Made by a program: the position numbers and the translations under genes
Part shown: positions 36,822 through 45,181 of the stretch, in pieces
Position numbering within the stretch: the first letter of the stretch is position 1
How the letters are laid out: every line of letters begins with the position of its first letter
NCBI GenBank assembly: GCA_017941235.1
Contig: JAGAWU010000049.1
Coordinates: forward strand, 2,497 to 66,496
Length of the DNA stretch: 64,000 nt
Origin: Bacilli bacterium
Lineage (GTDB): Bacteria > Bacillota_I > Bacilli_A > RF39 > UBA660
Direction: 5' to 3'
The notes under the pieces: generated by a model
Told to the model about the DNA's origin: nothing
Seen by the model: the letters and a program-made list of their open reading frames with translations, nothing else
Databases searched by the model: none

Positions 36822-37250
36822 TAATTTTAAGCGTTCGAATTTATGTTTGGTTATTAATTATCTATCTCAAATTATATATAGTTAAATTTAAAGAATCAAC
36901 TATTCATTTTATGTATGATTCTTTATCTTAAATTGAAGTTAAATTTAAGCAGTTGAAATACTTTTTACTTATTAGTTCATCAGTTCAAATTTAAAGATTA
37001 ATTTTAAGCAATCGAGAATCACTTTTATATACAGTTCATCACCTCAATTTTACTATTTAATTTTACTACTTAATTTTAAAGAATTTAGATTTAGTTTTAT
37101 TGGTGGTTCTTAAGCTCAAATTCGTGTTTATTTTAACAAATCGATTAATTGTATTAAATACCAGTTTTCAACTTAAATTATGGCTTAATTTTGAGCAATC
37201 GAGTTTCTTTTTTATATATGATTGTTTATCTTGATTTAAATTACATATTC
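36822..37250 (+). repeat. Tandem array of 7 diverged units of 54-72 nt (unit starts 36822, 36883, 36940, 36999, 37071, 37132, 37186)
   Basis: Each unit starts with a TTAAWTTTAAGCAATCGA-like sequence, has a CTTTTATATATGATTC-like interior, and ends with a CTCAAATT-like sequence. More decayed copies seem to extend back to about 36490. There is no ORF on either strand. Confidence 0.8.
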
Positions 37251-37281
37251 ATTATATATAATAGATAATATTATTATATAT

Positions 37282-37310
37282 AAAAAAGAGGGTATTACTA
37301 CTCTCTTTTT
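37282..37310. terminator. Bidirectional intrinsic terminator (serves deoB on the - strand)
   Basis: AGAGGGTA (37287-37294) / TACTCTCT (37299-37306), 8 bp with one G-U, flanked by an A5 run and a T4 run. Confidence 0.65.
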
Positions 37311-37319
37311 AAATCTACG

Positions 37320-37343
37320 GTAGGGGACTTCCCCTACTTTTTT
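37320..37343 (+). terminator. + strand-specific intrinsic terminator with no upstream + strand ORF
   Basis: GTAGGGG (37320-37326) / CCCCTAC (37331-37337) followed by T6 on the + strand only. Confidence 0.65.
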
Positions 37344-38513
37344 CTATTCTAATTCTTCTAATATACTTAATCCGATTTCAGTTTTTGATAGTTCAAAATT
37401 GTCAGCGATTGTAGCTCCGATTGAACCTAATGAACTTAGTTGCGATAATTTTCTTGGTTTTACAAATTTATTACTATAGAATATGACTGGTACATTTTCT
37501 CTAGTATGATAATTACCAGGGTATGTTGGATCATTACCATGATCAGCAGTTATAATTAATAAATCATCTAGTTCTAATTTGTTTAGAATTATAGGTATTT
37601 CAACATCTAATTCTTCTAAGGCTCTTTTATATCCTTCTACATCTCTATTATGACCATATATTGAATCAAAGTCATCTAAGTTAACCATACATATACCAGT
37701 AAATTTTTTATCCATTATAGTTAATAATTTATTTACTGCTTCTTGATTATTTGATACTTTAATAGTTTTATTTACTACTTTTTCATCAAATATGTCACTT
37801 ATCTTCCCTATTCCTATTACATTATATTTATTTTCATTTAATTCATTTAAAAGGGTTCTTTCTGTTACTTTTATACTATAATCTTTTCTAGCAGATGAAA
37901 TTAATCTATAATGACCTGTTTTACCTGTAAATGGTCTTGCAATAATTCTTGCTACTTTATATTCATCTCTTAAAGTTAATTCCCTAATCTTTTCACAATA
38001 TGTATATAGTGTTGATATTGGTATTACATCTTCATGTGCTGCTATTTGTATATCTGAATCAGCTGAAGTATATACTATTAGTGATCCATAGCTTTTTTCT
38101 AAGTCTCCTAATTCATTTATTATTTCATTACTACTTCCTGCTATTTTGTTACCAATAACTTTTCTTCCTGTAATTTTTTCTATATCATTAAGTAATTCAT
38201 TAGGGAAACCTTCATTAAATGTTTTAAAAACAGCTTCTGATGAAACACCCATTATTTCATAGTGACCGTTTAAACTGTCTTTTCCTATGTTTGTAGGACG
38301 CGCTATTGTATAATATGCATCAACATCTTTGTTTTCATCCATATTTATTGTATTTAATAAACCTATTTTTGCTAAATTTGGAATAAATAAATCTGTTTTT
38401 TCTACTATATGACCTAGAGTGTTAGCTCCTTTAGAATCATATTTTATACTATCTTCTGCTTCCCCTACTCCTAATGAATCTAGAATCATTAAGAAAACTC
38501 TTTTAAACTTCAT
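37344..38513 (-). CDS. deoB: Phosphopentomutase
   Basis: N-terminal KRVFLMILDSLGVGEAED, and ...ITADHGNDPT... near the C-terminus. Confidence 0.9.
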   Translation of the reverse strand: MKFKRVFLMILDSLGVGEAEDSIKYDSKGANTLGHIVEKTDLFIPNLAKIGLLNTINMDENKDVDAYYTIARPTNIGKDSLNGHYEIMGVSSEAVFKTFNEGFPNELLNDIEKITGRKVIGNKIAGSSNEIINELGDLEKSYGSLIVYTSADSDIQIAAHEDVIPISTLYTYCEKIRELTLRDEYKVARIIARPFTGKTGHYRLISSARKDYSIKVTERTLLNELNENKYNVIGIGKISDIFDEKVVNKTIKVSNNQEAVNKLLTIMDKKFTGICMVNLDDFDSIYGHNRDVEGYKRALEELDVEIPIILNKLELDDLLIITADHGNDPTYPGNYHTRENVPVIFYSNKFVKPRKLSQLSSLGSIGATIADNFELSKTEIGLSILEELE

Positions 38514-38515
38514 AA

Positions 38516-39418
38516 TTACACTCCTTTTTTGTTACGTGGATGATATTCTTTATAATCACTATTAAGTTTATTATCACTTACGTGAGTATAAATTCTTGTT
38601 GTTGATATATCTGAATGACCAAGCATTTCTTGAATACTTCTTAAATCGGCACCACTATTTAATAGATGTGTTGCGAATGAATGTCTTAATGTATGTGGTG
38701 ATACTTCTTCATCCAGTCCTTTTTCTTTCAATATAGCTTTTAAATTTTTAAAGAAACCTTGTCTTGTTATTTTTTTCCCATGATTATTTACAAATAAAGC
38801 ATCACAAACTTCTTTTTTTAATAAGCTGTTTCTTACATCCATATACATATTTAAATAATACATTGAATATTCACCTAATGGTATTATTCTTTCTTTGTTA
38901 CCTTTACCAACTATTCTTATAATACAATTAGTGAAATCTATATTATTTAATGTTAAATTAACTAGTTCAGAAACTCTTAAACCAGTCGCATAAATTAATT
39001 CTAACATAGCTTTGTTACGATAGTCAAATGGTGTCTTTAATGTTATGTCTAATAGTTTATCTACATCTTCTATAGATAATGTTTTTACTATTTGTTTTTT
39101 TAACTTTGGCCTTTTTATTCCTAAACTTACATTTTTATCTGTAATGTGTTCTTTTTCTAGAAAAGCGTGATAATTCTTAATCGCTGTTAGTTTTCTTGCT
39201 ACTGTAGATGTTTCATCACTATCATTTTCATATAAATATGCTAAATAATTTTCTATTGTTTCAGGTTTTATATCTTTAGGACTTGTAATACCTTTTGTAT
39301 CACAATATTCTTTATATTTATTTAAATCGTTTTTATATGATTCATAAGTGTTTTTACTTAATCCTTTATCAATCATACAAAAACTTAAGTATTCTTCAAT
39401 TGACTCTTTAAAACTCAT
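38516..39418 (-). CDS. xerD: Tyrosine recombinase XerD
   Basis: 300 aa. ...ATGLRVSEL..., HTLRHSFATHLL, LGHSDISTTRIYTH. The xerD-deoB neighbourhood matches B. subtilis ripX-drm. Confidence 0.85.
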   Translation of the reverse strand: MSFKESIEEYLSFCMIDKGLSKNTYESYKNDLNKYKEYCDTKGITSPKDIKPETIENYLAYLYENDSDETSTVARKLTAIKNYHAFLEKEHITDKNVSLGIKRPKLKKQIVKTLSIEDVDKLLDITLKTPFDYRNKAMLELIYATGLRVSELVNLTLNNIDFTNCIIRIVGKGNKERIIPLGEYSMYYLNMYMDVRNSLLKKEVCDALFVNNHGKKITRQGFFKNLKAILKEKGLDEEVSPHTLRHSFATHLLNSGADLRSIQEMLGHSDISTTRIYTHVSDNKLNSDYKEYHPRNKKGV

Positions 39419-39547
39419 ATAATCACATAATCAATTTATTAATATAAATGATTCCTTTCATATACTTTATATATATATATTATATTAAATTATTTTAACT
39501 TTTACAACTTTAGTTATATTTGATACAATATATTTTAGGTGATGTTT

Positions 39548-40768
39548 ATGAATAAACCTTTAGCACTTAAAATGGCACCTTCTTCTTTGAAGGAAGTTTT
39601 AGGACAAAAACAATTGATAGGAAAAGATAAAATTCTTACTAATTTGGTTAAGAATGGTAAACTTTTTTCTATGATTTTATATGGCCCTCCTGGTGTTGGG
39701 AAGACTTCTATTGCAACTGCGATGATTAATGATTTGGGCATGAGATATAGATTTTTGAATGCTACTATTAATACTAAAAAGGATATTGATGTTGTTATAG
39801 AAGAAGCTAAGATGTATGATGGTATTGTTCTTATTATGGATGAGATTCATAGATTGAATAAGGATAAACAAGATGTTTTGCTTCCTCAACTTGAAAGTGG
39901 TTTGATTACTTTAATTGGTATGACTACTTCTAATCCTTATCATTCTATTAATCCTGCTATTAGAAGTAGATGTCAGTTGTTTGAACTTAGGGAACTTGAT
40001 ACTAAAGATATTTTAACTGGGTTAAAGAGAGCTTTGAAACATCCTGATTTAGAGGGCATTGATATTAGTAATTCTGCATTAAATTTAATATCTAAGCTTT
40101 CTGGTAGTGATTTAAGATATGCGTATAATTTACTTGAGGTATGTTATTATGCTTCTAGTAATAAGAAGATAGATGAAGATGATGTAAGAAGAGTTAATAG
40201 TAAACCTGTGTTTTTCTCTGATAAGGGTGATGATGGTCATTATGATGTTTTAAGTGGTCTCCAAAAATCAATTCGTGGTAGTGATGTTAATGCGAGTCTT
40301 CATTATGCTGCTAGACTTGTTGCTGAAGAAGATTTAGATTCATTATTTAGGAGGCTTTCAGTTATTGCTTATGAAGATATTGGACTTGCTAATCCTTCTA
40401 TTGGCCCACGATTAGAGGCTGCTATTAATGCTTGCCTTAGGGTTGGACTTCCAGAAGGAAGAATACCTATTGGTGAAATAGTTACCGAAATGGCGCTTTC
40501 TCCTAAGAGTAATACTAGTCATGTTGCTTTTGATTTGGCATTAGAAGATATTAGAAATGGTAATGTAGGGAGAATACCTGATCATATTAGGACTGATTCC
40601 CCTCTTTATAAGTATCCTCATGATTACCCAGGCAATTATGTTGTTCAACAATATTTACCAGACAAACTAAAAAATAAGATTTATTATACTCCTAAGAGTA
40701 TTGGATATGAAGTCAATTTTAAACAAGTTTATGATAAGTTAAATAAAATAAAGGATGATTCTAAGTAA
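39548..40768 (+). CDS. rarA: Replication-associated recombination protein RarA (MgsA)
   Basis: LYGPPGVGKTS Walker A, IVLIMDEIHR, SRCQLFEL, and a C-terminal MgsA domain (...HYDVLSGLQKSIRGSD...). ATG 39548 follows AGGTGA. Confidence 0.9.
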   Translation: MNKPLALKMAPSSLKEVLGQKQLIGKDKILTNLVKNGKLFSMILYGPPGVGKTSIATAMINDLGMRYRFLNATINTKKDIDVVIEEAKMYDGIVLIMDEIHRLNKDKQDVLLPQLESGLITLIGMTTSNPYHSINPAIRSRCQLFELRELDTKDILTGLKRALKHPDLEGIDISNSALNLISKLSGSDLRYAYNLLEVCYYASSNKKIDEDDVRRVNSKPVFFSDKGDDGHYDVLSGLQKSIRGSDVNASLHYAARLVAEEDLDSLFRRLSVIAYEDIGLANPSIGPRLEAAINACLRVGLPEGRIPIGEIVTEMALSPKSNTSHVAFDLALEDIRNGNVGRIPDHIRTDSPLYKYPHDYPGNYVVQQYLPDKLKNKIYYTPKSIGYEVNFKQVYDKLNKIKDDSK

Positions 40769-40779
40769 TCATCCTTTTG

Positions 40780-41700
40780 TTATAGATTAATTATATACAT
40801 TAACATTTGATCTTTAGGTGCTATTTTACCTGATTTTATTTTGTAATCCATTTCACTTAAATTTTGTATTAATTTAGTTAATTCTTTATTTGTAATTGTT
40901 CTTACTAGTTCCATAGTTTTTTGTATTCTATATGGATGCTGTGATAATGTTTTTGCTATTTCATCTTTACTATATCTTCTTTTCATTAGCATGTTAACTT
41001 GTACCATCAATCTTAATTGACTTTCTAATAAACCTGTAAGTGCTATATCATCTATACTGTATTCTTTTAGTTTCTCATACTTTTCTAATGCTCTTCTTTT
41101 GTCTTTAGATGCTATATACTTTACTAAATCAAATACTAAATTATTTGAATCACCTAAGTGTTTAACAACTATTTTTTCAATATCATCTTTAGTTATATTT
41201 TTATCGCTTTCTTTATAATTAATTAGTTTATCACATTCTGTTTTAATTATATCTATATTGTTATTTGAATATTCAATTAACATATTTATACAATTTGTAT
41301 CTATTTTATAACCTTTAAGCATTGTTTTAATTTCTTTTTCTAAATTTGCTTCTAGTTTTAAATAATTAGTTTTATTTTTTAACTCTTTATTTATTTTTTT
41401 AGTCATGTTTAGTTTATTTGTTGTTAATATAAGTAGGTTATCATTATTTGGATTATCTAAATATTTCATTAGATGCTTTGTAAATTTATCATCCTCTAAT
41501 TTGTTAATGTTCTTTATTATTATTATTTTTCTTTCCGTAAGAAATGAATATGTATCCAAATCATTTAATGCATTATCTAATGTTTCTTCTTCTAAATCAT
41601 ATACTGATTTTGAAGCTTCTTTAAACTCTTTATTTATTAACTCATCTATCTTATTGTTAAGTAGATAGATATCATTATATTCAATTAAATAATTATTCAT
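40780..41700 (-). CDS. holA: DNA polymerase III delta subunit
   Basis: 306 aa with the delta-subunit pattern (...YLL.G.D..L......I...). It overlaps the alaS stop by 8 nt. Confidence 0.7.
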   Translation of the reverse strand: MNNYLIEYNDIYLLNNKIDELINKEFKEASKSVYDLEEETLDNALNDLDTYSFLTERKIIIIKNINKLEDDKFTKHLMKYLDNPNNDNLLILTTNKLNMTKKINKELKNKTNYLKLEANLEKEIKTMLKGYKIDTNCINMLIEYSNNNIDIIKTECDKLINYKESDKNITKDDIEKIVVKHLGDSNNLVFDLVKYIASKDKRRALEKYEKLKEYSIDDIALTGLLESQLRLMVQVNMLMKRRYSKDEIAKTLSQHPYRIQKTMELVRTITNKELTKLIQNLSEMDYKIKSGKIAPKDQMLMYIINL

Positions 41701-44383
41701 TTTTGAATGCTTTCTCTATATTTTCTTTTATTTCTTCTATTAGAGTTAGATTTTTACCTGAGCCTTGAGCGAAAGTTCTACTTCCTCCTCCACCTCCACC
41801 AGATGAAGCTGCAGCGTTTTTAACTAGTGCTCCTGCATCAATTTGACTTTCACTTCTACAGATAAAGTTAGCTGTATTATCTTCTTTTTTATTTATAAAG
41901 AATACACATCCTGGTTTGATTTCATTTACTAATGTATCAGCTATAGTTTTAAGTACTGAAATATCCATATTTTCAGTTTCCATTAGTAAAGCATTTAGGT
42001 TATTATATACTTTCACTTTATCTCTGTAGGAATCTAAGTTTTGAAGTGTTAGTTTTGCTTTTTCTTCTTCATATTTTTTTTCTAATTCTTTAACTTTCTT
42101 TTGTACAATTCCTAAATTTTTTTGATATATAACTATATCTTTATAACTTTCTAGTTTAGGATTTTCAACTTTTTCTTCAAATTCTAATTTGATATTATCT
42201 TCTTTTGCTTTATCTAATATATTTTTTGCTTTCATAAGTAGTTTTAAGATTTCATCATTATATGGTTTTATTATGTTATATAGAGTAGATTCTATTTTAT
42301 TTTTTGTGCAGGCTTCGATTCTATATGTGTTTGCTCCTTTTGACTCGTATGAGTATATAGCAAACTTCTTAATATTGCCTGTGTTTGATGTATGAGTTCC
42401 TCCACATAATTCTATTGATTTACCCATTTTTACTACTCTTACTATATTACCATATTTTTCTGAGAATAATGCCATTGCTCCTAATTGCTTTGCTTTTTCT
42501 ATTGGCATTACTTCAGTTGAAACTATTAAGTTTTCATTAATCATTTTATTTACTATTTCTTCTGCTTCTATTATTTTGTCGTCAGTTAATTTTTTAGAAT
42601 ATGTTATATCAAGTCTTAGTCTGTCATTATCTACATAACTTCCTGCTTGATGTACATCCCCTTCTAGGATATTTCTTACTGCATAATGTAGTAAATGTAC
42701 ACTACTATGATTTTTTTCTATTTCTTTTCTTCTCTCATTATCAAGTACTACTTCACAAATTTCATCAGTTTTAAGTACTCCATCTAAAACTTTAATCTTA
42801 TGTATATTTTGTCCATTAGGACCTTTAAATACGTCTAATACTCTAGCTTTAAATGTTTCTCCTATTATCATTCCAGTATCACTTACTTGACCACCAGCTT
42901 CAGCATAGAAACATGTTCTTTCAAGTGCTACTAATCCTTCAGTATTTAACATATTAACTTTCGATTCATCTTTAAATAAAGCTATTATCTTAGTTTTTAA
43001 GCGATGAATTCCATATACAAATGTTGAATCATCTTTAAAGTTAAGTAAATACTCTTTTTGACTTGCCATTTTTGTTTTAGATACTTGATTTTTTCTGGCA
43101 AGTTCTTTTTGTTCTTCCATGCATTTATCAAATTCATCTTTATTGGTTGTATATCCTAATTCATTTAAATATTCTAATGTTAGTTCAAATGGGAAACCGT
43201 ATGTATCATATAATTTAAATGTATCTTTACCACTTATATTTTTATCTTTAGAGTTTTCTACTAATTCTTTTAGTATTTTTTCACCTTCGCTTAGGGTTTT
43301 TAAGAATAGTTTTTCTTCTTCCAATATTTTTTCTTTTACTTCTTCCTTTTTACTTACTATGTACGGATATGCATCTTTCATTGTTTCTACTACACTGTCT
43401 ACTATTTTATATAGGAATGCATCTGTCATACCTAATGTTCTTCCGAATCTTTCACTTCTTCTTAAAAGTCTTCTAAGTACATATCCACGTCCTGTATTTT
43501 CAAAGTATGCTCCATCTGAAAGTGCAAATGTTATTGTTCTTATGTGATCCGCTATTACTTTAAATGATGTTTGTCCTGTATATTTGTTTCCGGTGATAGT
43601 TTCTATTTGCTTAATTATATCTTTAAAAAGATCTGTTTCAAAGTTTGAATCAACGTTTTGGAATACCATACACCATCTTTCAAGACCTGCTCCGGTATCT
43701 ATGTTTTTATGTGGTAATTCTTTATATTCTTTTCTTGATTTTCCTTCTTCTTGATTAAATTGACTAAATACGTTGTTCCATATTTCTACATAACGTTCTT
43801 GCTCATCATCATTTTTAAATCTTTCTAATGCTTTTCCATCTTCATCATATTTTTCTCCTCTATCATAGAAGATTTCTGAATCTGGACCACATGGACCTGC
43901 TCCTATTTCCCAGAAGTTTTCATCTAACTTTATTATATGGTCTTCTTTCATACCTAATGATTTCCATTTATTAAATGCTTCTTCATCATCTGTATATATT
44001 GTTACATATAGTTTTTCTATTGGTATATTAAACCATTTTTCGCTTGTTAATAGTTCGTGACTGAATTCAATAGCTTCATTTTTAAAATAATCACCAATTG
44101 AAAAGTTTCCCATCATTTCAAAGAATGTTTGATGACGTCTTGTAATACCTACATTTTCTATATCATTTGTTCTAATACATTTTTGTATACTTGTAAGTCT
44201 TTTTGAATCTGGTACTACTGTTCCATCAAAGTACTTTTTAAGTGGTGTAACTCCTGCGTTTACCCAAAGTAATGTATCGTCATTAATTGGCACAAGTGAT
44301 GCACTTTCTATTATTTTATGTCCTTTTGATTTGAAAAAATCAAACCACATATTTCTTATTTCATTATGAGTCATATACTTCAT
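41693..44383 (-). CDS. alaS: Alanine--tRNA ligase
   Basis: NEIRNMWFDFFKSKGH, FTNAG-like region, HSSVHLLH editing motif, and a C-terminal GGGGGGS / AQGSG DHHA1 region. Confidence 0.95.
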   Translation of the reverse strand: MKYMTHNEIRNMWFDFFKSKGHKIIESASLVPINDDTLLWVNAGVTPLKKYFDGTVVPDSKRLTSIQKCIRTNDIENVGITRRHQTFFEMMGNFSIGDYFKNEAIEFSHELLTSEKWFNIPIEKLYVTIYTDDEEAFNKWKSLGMKEDHIIKLDENFWEIGAGPCGPDSEIFYDRGEKYDEDGKALERFKNDDEQERYVEIWNNVFSQFNQEEGKSRKEYKELPHKNIDTGAGLERWCMVFQNVDSNFETDLFKDIIKQIETITGNKYTGQTSFKVIADHIRTITFALSDGAYFENTGRGYVLRRLLRRSERFGRTLGMTDAFLYKIVDSVVETMKDAYPYIVSKKEEVKEKILEEEKLFLKTLSEGEKILKELVENSKDKNISGKDTFKLYDTYGFPFELTLEYLNELGYTTNKDEFDKCMEEQKELARKNQVSKTKMASQKEYLLNFKDDSTFVYGIHRLKTKIIALFKDESKVNMLNTEGLVALERTCFYAEAGGQVSDTGMIIGETFKARVLDVFKGPNGQNIHKIKVLDGVLKTDEICEVVLDNERRKEIEKNHSSVHLLHYAVRNILEGDVHQAGSYVDNDRLRLDITYSKKLTDDKIIEAEEIVNKMINENLIVSTEVMPIEKAKQLGAMALFSEKYGNIVRVVKMGKSIELCGGTHTSNTGNIKKFAIYSYESKGANTYRIEACTKNKIESTLYNIIKPYNDEILKLLMKAKNILDKAKEDNIKLEFEEKVENPKLESYKDIVIYQKNLGIVQKKVKELEKKYEEEKAKLTLQNLDSYRDKVKVYNNLNALLMETENMDISVLKTIADTLVNEIKPGCVFFINKKEDNTANFICRSESQIDAGALVKNAAASSGGGGGGSRTFAQGSGKNLTLIEEIKENIEKAFKNE

Positions 44384-44916
44384 TATAATTCCTCCTTTAC
44401 TATATTTTTAGCATCTTCTTCTAGTTTTTCGATAGTAGTATTGATTATTTCATAATCATAATCTTTGTAATTATCTAAAGCTGTTTCTGTTATGTGTTTC
44501 TGTTCTTCTTCTGAAAGACTACTAATTAGGTCTGGTCTTACTACGTGTATTTTTTTTGTATCGGGATATATCTTTTTAATTTCTTCAAATTCTAATGGTA
44601 ATCTTACATCTGAAATGATTGCTATATCAAACAAGTTATCTAAAACTTCTATGTCTTCTTTAATTCTATCTATAAAGAACATTGGTTTATTCATTTTTTC
44701 TCTTACTATTTCTGTACCTATTTTTTGAAGTAAACTTCTAGGTTTAGTTTCTTCTTTTCCATCCCATCCAAAATAGTTAATTGCAAAATGTTTTATGTGA
44801 CTACTTATTTGCATTATACAAACTTTTTGCCCATACTCCTCAAAATATTTTTTTAGGAAAGCTGCAACTGTGTCTTTTCCGTGTCTTGCTTTTCCACCTA
44901 TCATATATATTTTCAT
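44383..44916 (-). CDS. P-loop protein resembling phage-type deoxynucleoside-monophosphate kinases
   Basis: MIGGKARHGKDT P-loop and ISDVRLPLEFEEI (DVRFPNE-like). The stop TAA overlaps the alaS ATG (TAATG), and the alaS SD AGGAGG lies inside this gene. Confidence 0.6.
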   Translation of the reverse strand: MKIYMIGGKARHGKDTVAAFLKKYFEEYGQKVCIMQISSHIKHFAINYFGWDGKEETKPRSLLQKIGTEIVREKMNKPMFFIDRIKEDIEVLDNLFDIAIISDVRLPLEFEEIKKIYPDTKKIHVVRPDLISSLSEEEQKHITETALDNYKDYDYEIINTTIEKLEEDAKNIVKEEL

Positions 44917-44944
44917 AATCATCATCCTTTCAAACACAAATAAA

Positions 44945-45131
44945 AGACCTAAAATTAGGAGGACTAAATACGCCCGGTACCATCCTAAATTTGGTCTTGA
45001 TTCTTGATAACGGTCTCCCGAAAAGCTCTAAGAGTAGCTTCTTAATACTATCATGATTCTTTTCACCAACCAGAATCTCTCTTTAATGAATTATATTAAT
45101 ACTCATCTCTTGTCATTGCTCTTTATAAACT
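44945..45131 (-). promoter_or_regulatory. T-box riboswitch leader, Ala (GCU) specifier
   Basis: Minus strand: promoter TTGAAT-17-TAAAAT (45166-45138). Stem I has an AGAGA..GAGTA motif. Specifier loop GAA-GCT-A (GCT = 45038-45036). T-box AATTTAGGATGGTACCGGGCG (44998-44978). Terminator AGACCAAATTTAGGA / TCCTAATTTTAGGTCT plus T-run. Confidence 0.85.
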
Positions 45132-45181
45132 AGATTTATTTTATCAAATTTACTTTATTTATTCAATATCTTTTTTTAAAA

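Noticed and set aside
36381-36900. A dif (XerCD) site in the AT-rich gap near xerD, for example TTATGT-containing stretches at about 36842 and 36910 and the ATAATATATTATATGA sequence at about 36385.
   Set aside because: No 11-6-11 arrangement resembles the Firmicute dif consensus (ACTNCCTATAA-TATATA-TTATGTNAACT). Matches are limited to 5-6 nt in very AT-rich DNA. xerD next to deoB is ordinary synteny.
36822-37250. A CRISPR array, read as palindromic repeats of about 30 nt separated by spacers of about 25 nt.
   Set aside because: The supposed spacers are homologous to one another (CTTTTATATATGATTC-like), so whole units of about 58 nt are duplicated. The repeats are far too degenerate for CRISPR, the period varies from 54 to 72 nt, and the window contains no cas genes.
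43119-43547. A 142-aa + strand ORF inside alaS. Similar antisense or overlapping track ORFs occur at 2422-2613, 4990-5214, 12749-13015, 14762-15031, 15731-15955, 17309-17635, 22761-23039, 28156-28395, 41405-41668, 45897-46286, 53579-54265, 55085-55684, 59551-60096 and 62568-63232.
   Set aside because: All of them lie opposite or out of frame within genes that carry strong family motifs. They are Ser/Leu/Phe/Ile-rich, as expected from antisense reading of AT-rich coding DNA, and they lack ribosome-binding sites.
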